DNA of 64,000 nt from the NCBI GenBank assembly GCA_947630155.1, contig CANRGM010000100.1:6866-70865 (forward strand). The letters run 5' to 3'. Both the position numbers and the translations under genes were made by a program. Each line of letters opens with the position of its first letter. Position 1 is the first letter of the stretch. The notes under the pieces are model-generated. The model saw only the letters and a list, made by a program, of their open reading frames with translations. It was not told where the DNA came from and did no database searches. Of the stretch, positions 10,209 through 21,755 are shown piece after piece. The stretch is from an uncultured Clostridia bacterium. GTDB taxonomy: Bacteria; Bacillota; Clostridia; TANB77; CAG-508.

Positions 10209-11495
10209 ATGAGTATGATGAAAGTAGAAAAAACAGACAATACAAATGAATTAAAGTTAACATTTACTATCCCAGCAGAGAAGTTTGATGAAGGAATGAA
10301 AAAAGTATATACTAAAACCGCAAAATATTTTAATATACCAGGATTTAGAAAAGGAAAAGCTCCTATGTCTTTAGTAGAAAGAACATATGGATCACAAATA
10401 TTTTATGAGGATACATTTAATGAAATTGTTCCTGAGATTTTTGATAATGAAGTTAAAGAAAACAATATAGAAGTAGTAAGTAAACCTGAAATTGATATTG
10501 TCGAAATAGGAAAAGGAAAAGACTTAGTGTTTACAGCTGTAGTACAAGTTAAACCAGAGATTAAATTAGGAAAATATAAAGGTATATCTATGAAGAAAAT
10601 AGAATACAAAGTAACTGATGAGGATATTCAAAAGGAATTAAATCGTATGGCTGATAAAAATTCAAGATTAATAAGTATAGAAGATGAGCCAGTTGCTGAA
10701 AAGGACATTGCTGTTATTGATTTTGAAGGCTTTGTAGATGGTGTGGCATTTGAAGGAGGAAAGGCTGAAAATCATGAATTAGAAATAGGAAGTAAAACAT
10801 TTATACCAGGCTTTGAAGATCAAATAATCGGAATGAAAATTGATGAAGAAAAAGATATTAATGTTAAATTCCCAGAGGAATATTTTTCAGCAGAATTAGC
10901 TGGAAAAGATGCTACATTTAAAGTTAAATTACATGAAATAAAAAGAAAAGAATTACCAGCTATAGATGACGAATTTGTTAAAGATGTTAGCGAATTTGAT
11001 ACTATAGAAGAATTAAAGAATAGTATTAAAGAAAAACTAGAAGAAGAAAACTCAAATAAAGCAAAATATGAAACTGAGGAAACAGCAATAAAAACAGTAT
11101 GTGAAGCAACTGATATAGACATTCCATCTGGTATGGTTGATACTGAAATAGATAATATGTTGAAAGATATTGAAAAAAGATTATCTTATCAAGGACTAGA
11201 TATGAAACAATATTTACAAATGATAGGAAAAACTGAAGAAGATATGAGAAAAGAATATGAAGAACAAGCTAAAAAATCTGTAAAAAGTAGACTAGTATTA
11301 GAAGAAATAGTTAAACAAGAAAAATTAGAAGCATCAGAAGAAGAAATTAGTGAAAAAATAAAAGAAATGGCTGAAAACTATGGAAGAAAAGCTGAGGACT
11401 TAAAGGATAATGAACATTTAATTAATTACATAAAAGAAAATATTTCAGTAGAAAAAGCAGTAAAATTTGTAGTTGAAAATGCAAAAATAGGATAA
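10209..11495 (+). CDS. tig: Trigger factor
   Basis: 428 aa; N-terminal ribosome-binding signature GFRKGKAP; located upstream of clpP-clpX. Confidence 0.9.
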   Translation: MSMMKVEKTDNTNELKLTFTIPAEKFDEGMKKVYTKTAKYFNIPGFRKGKAPMSLVERTYGSQIFYEDTFNEIVPEIFDNEVKENNIEVVSKPEIDIVEIGKGKDLVFTAVVQVKPEIKLGKYKGISMKKIEYKVTDEDIQKELNRMADKNSRLISIEDEPVAEKDIAVIDFEGFVDGVAFEGGKAENHELEIGSKTFIPGFEDQIIGMKIDEEKDINVKFPEEYFSAELAGKDATFKVKLHEIKRKELPAIDDEFVKDVSEFDTIEELKNSIKEKLEEENSNKAKYETEETAIKTVCEATDIDIPSGMVDTEIDNMLKDIEKRLSYQGLDMKQYLQMIGKTEEDMRKEYEEQAKKSVKSRLVLEEIVKQEKLEASEEEISEKIKEMAENYGRKAEDLKDNEHLINYIKENISVEKAVKFVVENAKIG

Positions 11496-11803
11496 TTAAT
11501 AAATGAAGTAAGTTAGGAATAATACCATTCCTAACTTTTTATGTCCAAATTGTGTAAAATATGTTCAAAAATATAAATTTTAAATTATTAAAAATAGGTA
11601 TTGAAAAAAAGCTTATTATAGTATAAAATGCAATTAATATTTTAGATAAATAGTAACTAAAAAAATTATTATTTATAAAATATATTAAGTAAAATTAAGT
11701 TTAGTAATTATATAGTGTGTTATATAAAAATATATTTTGTAAATACTTATCTGTGAAATAAAATAATATACTATATAGCTTAAATAAAAGTAGGAGGATA
11801 AAT

Positions 11804-12409
11804 ATGTTAGAGAGAAATAGTTTAGTTCCATATGTAATAGAACAAACATCAAAAGGGGAAAGATCATATGATATCTTTTCAAGGTTATTAAAAGATAGAA
11901 TTATATTTTTAGGAGAAGATGTTAATGCAACTTCAGCTAGCCTAGTAATAGCTCAGTTATTATTTTTAGAGTCAGAAGATCCAGACAAAGAAATATCTTT
12001 ATATATAAATAGCCCTGGAGGATCTATAACTGATGGTATGGGTATTGTTGATACAATGAATTATATAAAATGTCCTGTCTCAACAATTTGTATAGGAATG
12101 GCTGCAAGTATGGGAGCTGTGCTTTTAGCTTCTGGAGAAAAGGGAAAACGTTTTGCTACACCAAATGCAGAAATTTTAATACATCAACCATTAATAGGTG
12201 GCGGAGGACTTTCTGGTCAAACTACCGAAATAAAAATTCATGCAGATCATATGGTGAAAACTCGTGAGAAACTAAATAAATTATTAAGTGATAGAACAGG
12301 TCAGCCACTAGATGTAATTAATAGAGACACAGAAAGAGATAATTATATGACTGCTCAAGAAGCTCTAGAATACGGATTGATAGACGGAATAATGGAAAAA
12401 AGACCATAA
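11804..12409 (+). CDS. clpP: ATP-dependent Clp protease proteolytic subunit
   Basis: 201 aa; catalytic triad context (GMAASMG ... HQP). Confidence 0.95.
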   Translation: MLERNSLVPYVIEQTSKGERSYDIFSRLLKDRIIFLGEDVNATSASLVIAQLLFLESEDPDKEISLYINSPGGSITDGMGIVDTMNYIKCPVSTICIGMAASMGAVLLASGEKGKRFATPNAEILIHQPLIGGGGLSGQTTEIKIHADHMVKTREKLNKLLSDRTGQPLDVINRDTERDNYMTAQEALEYGLIDGIMEKRP

Positions 12410-12599
12410 TTTATAAATGTAATAGGTTATAAAAGATAAATAAGAAAACTTATAAAACAATTCAATATGCTGTTAAATAAGCTTAATATAAATCAGAATA
12501 AAACATGAAAATATAGTAAAAAATACTAAAGAAATTAAAAATAAAATAAATGAAGAAAGGAGTGTATGGTATAAAATCTTTATATCATACAAGATTGAA

Positions 12600-13931
12600 A
12601 TGCCAAATAAAGAACAGAATAGAACAATTAGATGCTCTTTTTGTGGCAAAACACAAGAAGCAGTAGAAAGAATTATTGCAGGACCTGGTGTATACATTTG
12701 CAATGAGTGTATAGGTGTTTGTAATAATATTATAGAAGATGATTTATATGAAGATCCAGATATGACATATACATTAAATGAAACAGAAAAATTGCCAACA
12801 CCAGCTCAAATAAAGAATGTTTTAGATGAATATGTAATTGGTCAAGAGGATGCTAAAAAAACACTTTCAGTTGCTGTATATAATCATTACAAAAGAATAA
12901 ATAATAATGAATATATTATTGAAAAAAATAATAACAGTAATACTATTGAGATTCAAAAAAGTAATATATTATTATTGGGACCAACTGGATGTGGAAAAAC
13001 TTTATTAGCTCAAACTCTTGCAAAAGTATTAAATGTGCCATTTGCAATTGCTGATGCAACAACTTTAACAGAGGCTGGATATGTTGGTGAAGATGTAGAA
13101 AATATTTTATTAAAATTAATTCAAGCAGCAGACTATGATATTTCAAAAGCAGAAAGAGGTATTATCTATATTGATGAAATAGACAAAATAACAAGAAAGT
13201 CAGAAAATCCATCAATAACAAGAGATGTTAGTGGAGAAGGAGTACAACAAGCACTATTAAAGATTGTCGAGGGGACAGTAGCTTCAGTTCCTCCTCAGGG
13301 AGGAAGAAAACATCCACACCAAGACTTTTTACAAATAAACACAGAAAATATATTATTTATCTGTGGAGGTGCATTTGAAGGTCTAGAGAAATTAATAAAT
13401 GATAGAATAGGAAAGAAAACTATTGGTTTTGGTGCCAAAATAGAAAGTCAAAAAGAAGTAGATAAGAGTAAGGTATTTAGTGAACTATTACCACAAGATT
13501 TATTAAAATTTGGACTAATCCCAGAATTTGTTGGAAGATTACCAATAGTAGCAACTTTGCAAGATTTAGATAGAAATGCACTAATAAAAATTGTTACTGA
13601 ACCAAGAAATGCATTAGTAAAACAATATAAAAAATTATTTGAATTAGATGATGTTGAATTAGAATTTGAAGATGGAGCTTTAGAAGCAATAGTTGATAAA
13701 GCTATAGAAAGAAAAACTGGAGCAAGAGGGTTGCGTGCAATATTAGAAGATATTATGAGAGATATAATGTTTGAAATACCATCAAACCCTAATATAGAAA
13801 AATGTATAATAACAAAAGAAACAGTTTTAAATGGCGAAAATCCTCAAATCATTATAAATAGTAATAAAAGCAGAAATAATGAAACTAAAAGAATGCGTGC
13901 TCAAACAAGCAAAGGGGTAGAAACAGCATAA
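12600..13931 (+). CDS. clpX: ATP-dependent Clp protease ATP-binding subunit ClpX
   Basis: N-terminal zinc ribbon CSFCGK ... CNEC; Walker A GPTGCGKT; IGF-like loop. Confidence 0.95.
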   Translation: MPNKEQNRTIRCSFCGKTQEAVERIIAGPGVYICNECIGVCNNIIEDDLYEDPDMTYTLNETEKLPTPAQIKNVLDEYVIGQEDAKKTLSVAVYNHYKRINNNEYIIEKNNNSNTIEIQKSNILLLGPTGCGKTLLAQTLAKVLNVPFAIADATTLTEAGYVGEDVENILLKLIQAADYDISKAERGIIYIDEIDKITRKSENPSITRDVSGEGVQQALLKIVEGTVASVPPQGGRKHPHQDFLQINTENILFICGGAFEGLEKLINDRIGKKTIGFGAKIESQKEVDKSKVFSELLPQDLLKFGLIPEFVGRLPIVATLQDLDRNALIKIVTEPRNALVKQYKKLFELDDVELEFEDGALEAIVDKAIERKTGARGLRAILEDIMRDIMFEIPSNPNIEKCIITKETVLNGENPQIIINSNKSRNNETKRMRAQTSKGVETA

Positions 13932-14072
13932 TTATTGAATTTGACGGACAACTACAAAAGTATAAAGACAGAAATAGAATTTACTACAAAATGTTTATAA
14001 ATTTATTTGCAATTTAAAAAAATATATGCTACAATAATCGAAGTAAAAATATATGAATGGAGAGTGTAAAAA

Positions 14073-14321
14073 ATGTCAACTTTAAAATATATAGGTATAG
14101 CAATTTATATAATAATTTGTATAGCTTTAATAATTATAGCTACAATACAAACCAAGGATTCAAATGGTCCTTCTGAAGCTATCATGGGGTCTTCTACAAA
14201 TAATTTCTATGAAAAGAATAAAGGAAGAACTAAAGAAGGTAAAATAAAAAGAATTACAATTATATTAGGAATTGCATTTATAGTAGCCTCAATTGCACTA
14301 GGTGTGGTATTTGTAATATAA
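14073..14321 (+). CDS. secG: Preprotein translocase subunit SecG (probable)
   Basis: 82 aa with two TM helices and a Gly/Ser-rich linker; sits immediately upstream of rnr, as in Firmicutes secG-rnr synteny. Confidence 0.6.
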   Translation: MSTLKYIGIAIYIIICIALIIIATIQTKDSNGPSEAIMGSSTNNFYEKNKGRTKEGKIKRITIILGIAFIVASIALGVVFVI

Positions 14322-14412
14322 TTGATAAATTATTGTATATATTTTAAAAACTTGGTGGTATGATATTTTTAATAATCACCAAGTTTTTTACATATCAAGA
14401 GAGGAGGTTTTA

Positions 14413-16650
14413 ATGGAGGAAAATAAACAAATTATTTTAAAATTTATGTCAGATGAAAAATATGTTCCTATGAAAGCAAAAGATTTAGCATTTATTCTTG
14501 GAGTCCCTAAAGAAAAGCACACAGAATTTCATCAAATTTTAAAAGAGTTAGAAGATGAATACAAAATAGAAGTAACTAAAAAAGGAAAATACATGATTGT
14601 TGATGATAATGTGTATAGAACAGGTGTTATAAGATTAAATCAAAAAGGATTTGGTTTTGTTAAGTTAAATAAATTGATAGATTCAGAAACTTCGGAAGAA
14701 GAAATTTTTATTTCAAATAGCAATACTTTCAATGCATTAAATGGAGATGAGGTAGTAGTAAAAATAATTGCATCAAATGATAAAGAATCACAACATAAGG
14801 AAGGAAAGGTTATTAAAATACTAAGACATGAAAAGAATACAATAGTGGGAACCTTTCAAAGTAATAGGAATTTTGGCTTTGTTGTTCCTGATGATAAGAA
14901 ATTTGGAACAGATATTTTCATTTCAAAAAAAGATTTTGGAAAAGCCAAGAATAATCAAAAAGTTATAGTAAAAATTACTAAATATGCCCAAAAAGGAAGA
15001 AAAGCTGAGGGTAAAGTAATAGAGATTCTAGGATATAAAGATGAAGCTGGAATAGACATGATTTCTTTAGTTAAAGAATATGATTTACCATATGAATTTC
15101 CTGAGCCAGTATTAAAAGAAGCAAAATCGTTGGAAATTAGTATTACACAAAAGGAATTAAAAAATAGAATAGATTTAAGAGAAAAAGAATTATTTACTAT
15201 AGATGGTGAGGATGCAAAGGATTTAGATGATGCTGTTTGTGTGGAAAAAAATGAAGAAGGAAATTACATTTTAGGGGTTCATATAGCAGATGTTAGCCAT
15301 TATGTTAAAGAAAATTCTATGTTAGATAAAGAAGCTATATTGAGAGGAACAAGTGTATATATGATGGATAGGGTTATTCCAATGCTTCCAAAAGAATTAT
15401 CAAATGGTATATGTAGCTTAAATGAAGGAGAAGATAGGTTTGCACTATCTGTTATTATGGAAATTAATAATAAAGGACAAGTTATTTCTTCAGATATTTG
15501 TAAAAGCATAATTAAAGTTACTAAAAGAATGTCTTATACAAATGTATATAAAATATTGCAGTATATTAATTCAACAGAAAAACTTAAAAATGAATGCGAA
15601 AAGAATATAAAAGAAATTTTTAATGATGATGAAATGCAATTTACTAAACAAGATTTAGATAAAATAAATGAATATAAGAAATATTTTAATCATTTTAAAC
15701 TAATGGCTGAATTAGCTTTAATTTTAAAAGGTAAGAGAGAAAAAGACGGAAGTTTAGATTTAGATGTACCAGAAAGTAAAATTATATTAGATGAAAATGG
15801 AATTGCAATTGATGTAAAGAAATATGAAATCACATTTGCAAATGAAATTATAGAACAGTTTATGCTAATAGCAAATGAAACAGTAGCGGAAAAGTTTTAT
15901 TGGCTTGAAGCTCCTTTTATATATAGAGTTCATCCTGAACCAGATATGGATAAAATAAAAGAATTAAATTCTTTTATTTGGAATTTAGGTTATAGAATAA
16001 AAGCTAACAAAGATAATATTCATCCCAAAGCCTTTGCAGAGGTTTTAGAACAAGTTAAGGGTAAACCTGAAGAAAGAATAGTATCAAATTTAATTTTAAG
16101 AACTTTAAAAATTGCTCAATATGAAAGTGAGAATCGTGGACATTTTGGAATAGCAAGTAAATATTATTGTCATTTTACATCACCAATTAGAAGGTATCCA
16201 GATTTGTTTATTCACAGAATCATATCAAAATATATAGAAAAAAATTATAATTTATCTCAGGATGAGTTAGAAAAGTATTCAGAAGAAGCAACAAAATATG
16301 CTAAAACATCATCAGAAAGAGAAAAGATTGCACAAAAAGTAGAAAGAGATAGTGTAGATATAAAAAAGGCTGAATATATGCAGTCTAAACTGGGAGAAGA
16401 ATATGATGGGATAATATCAAATATAACTTCTTTTGGTATTTTTGTGGAATTAGAAAATACAGTAGAAGGGCTAATAAGGTTTGAAAATTTAGGTAATGAA
16501 TATTATATTTATGATGAAGAACGCAAAATGTTGATTGGGGAAAACACTAAAACTATGTTTAAAATAGGAGACATTATTCGCATAAGAGTAATTGAGGCAA
16601 ATAAAGAAATGAGAAGAATTTCATTTGAAAGAGTATATGAGGACATTTAA
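14413..16650 (+). CDS. rnr: Ribonuclease R
   Basis: 745 aa; cold-shock/OB domains (GFGFV), RNB catalytic motif (HIADVSHYV) and a C-terminal S1 domain. Confidence 0.9.
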   Translation: MEENKQIILKFMSDEKYVPMKAKDLAFILGVPKEKHTEFHQILKELEDEYKIEVTKKGKYMIVDDNVYRTGVIRLNQKGFGFVKLNKLIDSETSEEEIFISNSNTFNALNGDEVVVKIIASNDKESQHKEGKVIKILRHEKNTIVGTFQSNRNFGFVVPDDKKFGTDIFISKKDFGKAKNNQKVIVKITKYAQKGRKAEGKVIEILGYKDEAGIDMISLVKEYDLPYEFPEPVLKEAKSLEISITQKELKNRIDLREKELFTIDGEDAKDLDDAVCVEKNEEGNYILGVHIADVSHYVKENSMLDKEAILRGTSVYMMDRVIPMLPKELSNGICSLNEGEDRFALSVIMEINNKGQVISSDICKSIIKVTKRMSYTNVYKILQYINSTEKLKNECEKNIKEIFNDDEMQFTKQDLDKINEYKKYFNHFKLMAELALILKGKREKDGSLDLDVPESKIILDENGIAIDVKKYEITFANEIIEQFMLIANETVAEKFYWLEAPFIYRVHPEPDMDKIKELNSFIWNLGYRIKANKDNIHPKAFAEVLEQVKGKPEERIVSNLILRTLKIAQYESENRGHFGIASKYYCHFTSPIRRYPDLFIHRIISKYIEKNYNLSQDELEKYSEEATKYAKTSSEREKIAQKVERDSVDIKKAEYMQSKLGEEYDGIISNITSFGIFVELENTVEGLIRFENLGNEYYIYDEERKMLIGENTKTMFKIGDIIRIRVIEANKEMRRISFERVYEDI

Positions 16651-16660
16651 AAATGTCCTC
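16636..16660 (+). terminator. Hairpin at the rnr 3' end (TGAGGACATTT/AAATGTCCTCA)
   Basis: Inverted repeat overlapping the stop codon; the T-tract is weak. Confidence 0.45.
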
Positions 16661-16680
16661 ATATATTTCATATATAAAAA

Positions 16681-16845
16681 TTATAATCCAAATAATACTA
16701 CATTAACAAAAATTGTACATATAATATTAAATATTGCAACAGTTAAACTACCACCAACATTATTATTAACTTTATATTCATAAATTGCATATGAAATATT
16801 TTTTATTAAAATCCAAATACTTAAAATACAAACTATTAATTTCAT
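16681..16845 (-). CDS. Small hydrophobic protein (54 aa), below the ORF-track length cutoff
   Basis: GGAGGA RBS lies 5 nt upstream of the ATG; translates to MKLIVCILSIWILIKNISYAIYEYKVNNNVGGSLTVAIFNIICTIFVNVVLFGL. Confidence 0.35.
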   Translation of the reverse strand: MKLIVCILSIWILIKNISYAIYEYKVNNNVGGSLTVAIFNIICTIFVNVVLFGL

Positions 16846-16881
16846 TTAAATCCTCCTAAAATATTATTTATATGTTACCAT

Positions 16882-18202
16882 TTATGGTGCTTTATTAAAT
16901 TCATAGCCAGAATTAACATACACATTAACTTTTACATCGAAAAATGCATTTTTGTAATTTTCAAGCCAATTCGAATCAATCCATTCTTCCCATGTTAAAT
17001 ATTTGGATAAAGCATATTTACCAAAACCAGAAATGTCTGAGTTTAACTCTTTGGAAGTCTTATATAAATAATTTTCTAATTGAATTTTTATATATTCTTC
17101 AGTATACCTATTTATAGTATTTATATCATCTGAAGAACTGTAATTGGTATCTTCATCCAAAGAAAGCCCAAACCCTTCTAAAAATACTTCTATTGAAATA
17201 TAAGGTGATCCATTTATAAATTCCAAATCGATTTTAGAATTTTTCTTCTTATTTATTCGTAAATCAATACTTGAATTTGAGGTAAATGGGTCTGGTATTG
17301 AAATTGTACATGTTTTTAATTTATTAGTAACTAGTAGATAACAAATTGTTTCCATTCCAGTTAATTCGCCAACTAATTTATCATCATAAAAAACTGCAGT
17401 ACCAAAAGTTTCTACACCGATTTGAATCTTCAATAGGGGTTTCATTTGCTTTAGCTTGACTATCAGCTTCACTATCTACTGATTGATCAGTTCCAGATCC
17501 ACTACTACTGCTACTATTTCCATTATTAGAACTATTGCCAGAACCGCCAGATTCACCACCAGAAGAACTTCCACCATTGTTTTGGCTACTTCCATTGCCA
17601 TTATTGACTCCTCCCAAAATAGCATGTCCTTGCATATAAGTACTTTTAACAGCACTTAGAAAGTCTGTTAATTTAGTAGAAGTAGTATATCCTGTATATT
17701 CACTTGAATTTAAAGCAACTTCATAATATCTTGCAGTTAATGTTTCAATAGATGGAGAAGCATTATTAATAAATTCTTTAGCAGTGCATCTTGAGACTAT
17801 TATGTTACAATCGGGTCTTATTTCTATATTATTTGCTAGTGTATCCAAATATTCAGAGATACCTTGTTCTGCTAATTCCTCAGAAATAACAATAACTTTA
17901 CAATGAGCTAAATATACCTCTTTACTAATATAACTATTAATCAAACCAATACCAGAACTTATACTACTACAATCAACAGAAATAGAATCTGTTTTACTTG
18001 CTTGACTACTTCCAGAATCAGAGCTAGAACTTGGAATAGAAAATTGTAAAGTTAGGGTTAGTGATTTATTGTCAGAAATATCTAGTCCTAAAGCAGTTGC
18101 ATAAGCTAATTCTTCAATTCCTCTTGAGTCATAGCAACCAGAAAGTAGAGTAAGGTTTGTAAATAATATACATAAAATTAAAAAATACTTAGTTTTCTTC
18201 AT
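16882..18202 (-). pseudogene. gerAC: Spore germination protein GerAC-family lipoprotein, apparently frameshifted (two overlapping ORFs)
   Basis: N-terminal ORF 17384..18202 carries a lipobox (LLSGC) and GerAC-like sequence, then runs into a Gly/Ser-rich stretch and a wrong-frame tail. C-terminal ORF 16882..17472 continues GerAC-like sequence in another frame. Confidence 0.55.
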
Positions 18203-18223
18203 ATTATATATTGTATGAATTTA

Positions 18224-19328
18224 TCATACCCTTCCTTTCTTTTTATTAATAATTCCTAGCTTTATATTAGCACTAATTAGTATAAGTATACTAATTCCAA
18301 ATATTAAGATTAAAGAGCTATACTTAAAGATTTTACCTATTATATTGTTTAGAGTGGCAAAATTGCTTGGTAAAATAAGAAGACCTAATATAAGCAAATT
18401 AATAGTATAATTAATAGAACTTGAATCACTTATTTTAGTTATTTTTTTGAATACATATATACAAAAATATATTGCAATACTTATATAGGAAATTGTAGAA
18501 ATTATCCAAATCAAAATAAATACCGCATCAATTCTTTGGATGAATCTACCATATTCTAAATTTCTAGTTAATAAATATAAAGAGAATGATTCTCCACTTT
18601 TAAATGTAAAAGAAAGTGATAATAAAATACATGTTACACTTAAAAATAGGTATATTCCAGAAATTATTATTGAAATAATAGAAATCTTCTTAAATTCAGT
18701 GGTTTTATTAATAAAAGGATTAAGAAATAACAAATAGCATATTCCAGAATAACTAAATAAATTGCTTAATCCCATAAGAAATGTTTCGTTTGCTCCATAA
18801 CCTAAAATAGGAAAAATTCTTTGTGGAGTAAAATCCTTTATTGAGGATAAAAGGATTACTATTATACTTAGAAAAACAATTGGAATTATTATAAGGTTTG
18901 CTTTTGCTAGAACTTTTATTGAAAATTTATTTGTAATGGTACTACTAACAAGGAAAAATAACACAATATATATCAAAGGTGATGTTCTAAAATATATTAA
19001 TTGCAGTGTTTCTGAAAAGTTTTTAATAACAAACATTGGAACTAGTATTAATAAAAATATATAAAAAATGCCCATAATAATTTTCAAAGTATTTCCACCT
19101 AAAAATTCGCATACATCTAAAATATCTTTGCCTTGAAATTTTTTAAATAAATACGAGATAAACCATGCTATTAAAACAGCTATAACAGACACATATAAAA
19201 CATTTAGCCATGCAGAAGAACCGAGTACTAGATATAATTTCTTTTGGAGTGTTTAAAATTATTTTATTAGTCATAACTATTGAAATTAGTGCAATAGCCT
19301 CTATAAAACCAATTTTTTCTGAGTTCAT
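18224..19328 (-). pseudogene. gerAB: Spore germination protein GerAB-family permease, apparently frameshifted
   Basis: A 61-aa N-terminal ORF (19143..19328) and a 322-aa ORF cover the gene. The 322-aa ORF's frame stays open upstream of its first Met as far as a TAA near 19250, so the two pieces overlap. Confidence 0.55.
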
Positions 19329-19388
19329 TAATATAATTCTCCTTCCTTTTATACAATTGTTTCCAAAATTAGTAAAATTAATACTTTT

Positions 19389-21107
19389 TTATTTAACTTT
19401 ATTATTCTTCCACAACATGCTAATCTTCCCTTGAGAATATTTTTTCTTGGGGCTAACAACATTAGAACGATTTTCTCGTTTCCATATTGGAGGCAAGAAA
19501 TAAGAGGTTGCGGCCCTTTTATTGTTATGCAACATATATGGTGTAAGATATGGTGCACCAAAAGATTTTAAGTTGCTTAAAAATATAATTTGAATAAACA
19601 AACCAACTGCAATTCCTAGGAATCCGGCCATATAACCTAGGAAAATATAAATAAATCTACATATTCTTATTGTAAAATTAAAAGTAAAATCAGGTATACT
19701 AAATGAACAAATTGCAGTAATAGCAACTATTATAATTAAAACAGGACTAACAAGATTGGCATTAACAGCTGCTTCTCCAAGAATTAAACCGCCTACAATA
19801 CCAATAGTTGGACCTATTGGAGAAGGAACTCGTAATCCTGCCTCACGGATAAGTTCGAATGAAACTTCCATTAGTAGAATTTCTATAATTGTTGGAAAGG
19901 GGACAGTCTCACGGGCTGCTTCTATAGTAAATAATAATTCAGTTGGCAATAATTCATGATGGTAGGCTGTTACTGCAACATAAATTCCAGGTAAAAATAG
20001 TGCAAAAAATATTGCTACTAATCTGATTAATCTTAACATATCTGAAAATTGGAATTTGAAATTTGTGTCTTCAGGAGATGATAAAAAATCAGACAGAACT
20101 CCTGGAGCAAGAAGAACATAAGGAGTACCATTTACTATTATTGCAACTCTTCCTTCTAATATGTGAGTAACAGTCTTATCAGGTCTTTCAGTTGCAAGAA
20201 GTTGAGGGAATAAACTGCTAGCATTATCTTGAATTAATTGTTCAAGTTGTCCAGATGATGTTAGATGATCTATGTCAAGATTATTAATTCTATATTTTAC
20301 TTCTGCAACTAAATCATTATTTGTAATATCTTTTAAATAGCATATAGCAACTTTAGTTTTTGTGATTTCCCCAACAGAACAATTTTCAATTACTAAGTTC
20401 TCATTATTAATTATTCTTCGTATCATTGAAGTGTTAGTTCTTATGTTTTCTACAAATGCCTCTTGAGGACCTCTTATTACAATTTCATTTTGAGGATTAC
20501 TTACACTTCTTTGCTTAAAACCTTTTACATCAATATCAAATCCAACATTTATAGTATCCACAAGCAAAAAGCAGTTTCCCATATTTATTCCTGAAAAAGC
20601 TTCTTCAAATTTTTCTATATGTTTAACATCGTTTTGTGGAATAAGATGGTCCATAATATAGTTTTGTAAATTAAATTTTTTTATCTTTCTAATTACAACA
20701 TCATTATTATTGAATTCTGAGACTATTTCTTTTTCATCCCCTGTGTAAGTATTGGCTCTATTTCGTAGCATAAGAGGGTTTAATACAGAGGCATTAATAA
20801 TCTTAGATTCCACCATTCCATCTATATAAATTATTGCAGCATTGTATTCTTTGTTTCTTGCTGTTATTACAAATTCACGAATAATTATGTCACTATTTAT
20901 TAGGCTATTGTATTTTGTTTTTATGAAGTTAAGGTTTTCTTGTATATTAGTGTAAAAGTTGGTTGGCTCTAAGTCTTTTGCAGGGGAAACAGGAGTATTT
21001 TCTATGTCTTTTACATTTTCAGTGGTCAAGAAGAAATTGTATTCATTTTGAGGGCTATATTTGAAAAATTGATTGTAGATTTTTTTGAAAATGTTATTTT
21101 GATTCAT
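19389..21107 (-). CDS. gerAA: Spore germination protein GerAA (KA family), appears intact
   Basis: 572 aa; soluble N-terminal domain plus C-terminal multi-TM region typical of GerA-type A subunits; first gene of the minus-strand operon. Confidence 0.85.
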   Translation of the reverse strand: MNQNNIFKKIYNQFFKYSPQNEYNFFLTTENVKDIENTPVSPAKDLEPTNFYTNIQENLNFIKTKYNSLINSDIIIREFVITARNKEYNAAIIYIDGMVESKIINASVLNPLMLRNRANTYTGDEKEIVSEFNNNDVVIRKIKKFNLQNYIMDHLIPQNDVKHIEKFEEAFSGINMGNCFLLVDTINVGFDIDVKGFKQRSVSNPQNEIVIRGPQEAFVENIRTNTSMIRRIINNENLVIENCSVGEITKTKVAICYLKDITNNDLVAEVKYRINNLDIDHLTSSGQLEQLIQDNASSLFPQLLATERPDKTVTHILEGRVAIIVNGTPYVLLAPGVLSDFLSSPEDTNFKFQFSDMLRLIRLVAIFFALFLPGIYVAVTAYHHELLPTELLFTIEAARETVPFPTIIEILLMEVSFELIREAGLRVPSPIGPTIGIVGGLILGEAAVNANLVSPVLIIIVAITAICSFSIPDFTFNFTIRICRFIYIFLGYMAGFLGIAVGLFIQIIFLSNLKSFGAPYLTPYMLHNNKRAATSYFLPPIWKRENRSNVVSPKKKYSQGKISMLWKNNKVK

Positions 21108-21267
21108 AGTTGAGTTGTATCCTTTCTATTTTTGATAATTATTTGTAGTATTTGCAAAAATTTTGAAAATATGTATTTTTTTTGGATTTGTATAGTATTG
21201 CATATTCTGATAACATGGATAAAATATATTATATTTTCATTGAGCATAGGATTTTAGTAGAAAGTTT

Positions 21268-21300
21268 TAGGGCACCTATATTAGTATAGGTGCCCTTTTA
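21268..21300 (-). terminator. Perfect palindromic hairpin (AGGGCACCTATA..TATAGGTGCCCT) downstream of the 91-aa minus-strand gene
   Basis: 11-12 bp perfect stem seen directly, flanked by A/T runs. Confidence 0.5.
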
Positions 21301-21306
21301 AAAATA

Positions 21307-21582
21307 TTACAATATAATACAAATCAATCCACTACTTCCTTCATTAACAATACGCTCCAAAGTCTCCTGCAATTTCGCCTGAGAGTCTTCTGGCATTCTA
21401 CATAACTTATTTTGTAATCCTTCATTAACTAGTTCATGTAAACTTTTACCAAAAATATTTGATTCCCAAATCTTCTTAGGATCACTTTCAAATTCAGAAA
21501 GTAGATAATTAACAAGTTCTTCAGATTGTTTTTCACTACCTACTATAGGAGAAACTTCAGTTTCAATATCAGCACGAATCAT
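21307..21582 (-). CDS. Hypothetical small protein (91 aa)
   Basis: ORF with flanking hairpin; no family recognised. Confidence 0.45.
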   Translation of the reverse strand: MIRADIETEVSPIVGSEKQSEELVNYLLSEFESDPKKIWESNIFGKSLHELVNEGLQNKLCRMPEDSQAKLQETLERIVNEGSSGLICIIL

Positions 21583-21715
21583 GTGTATGGGACGCTCTAA
21601 ACAGACACAGATAATTAATAGAACATCTAATCAATTTGTAAAGCGTAGAGTTCATGGGACACAAGAGGTTAAGTTTGAATTTGCTATTGCTATTGATGAT
21701 ATTTAATAAAATAAA

Positions 21716-21755
21716 AAAGATGCATTAATTAAAAAAATTATATGCATCTTTTTTT
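21716..21755. terminator. Hairpin AAAAGATGCAT-(16 nt)-ATGCATCTTTT followed by T7
   Basis: 11-bp perfect stem plus T-run; overlaps the annotated start of ORF 21742. Confidence 0.45.

Noticed and set aside
12070-12267. 65-aa ORF inside clpP in another frame
   Set aside because: Embedded in a highly conserved clpP coding frame; no RBS.
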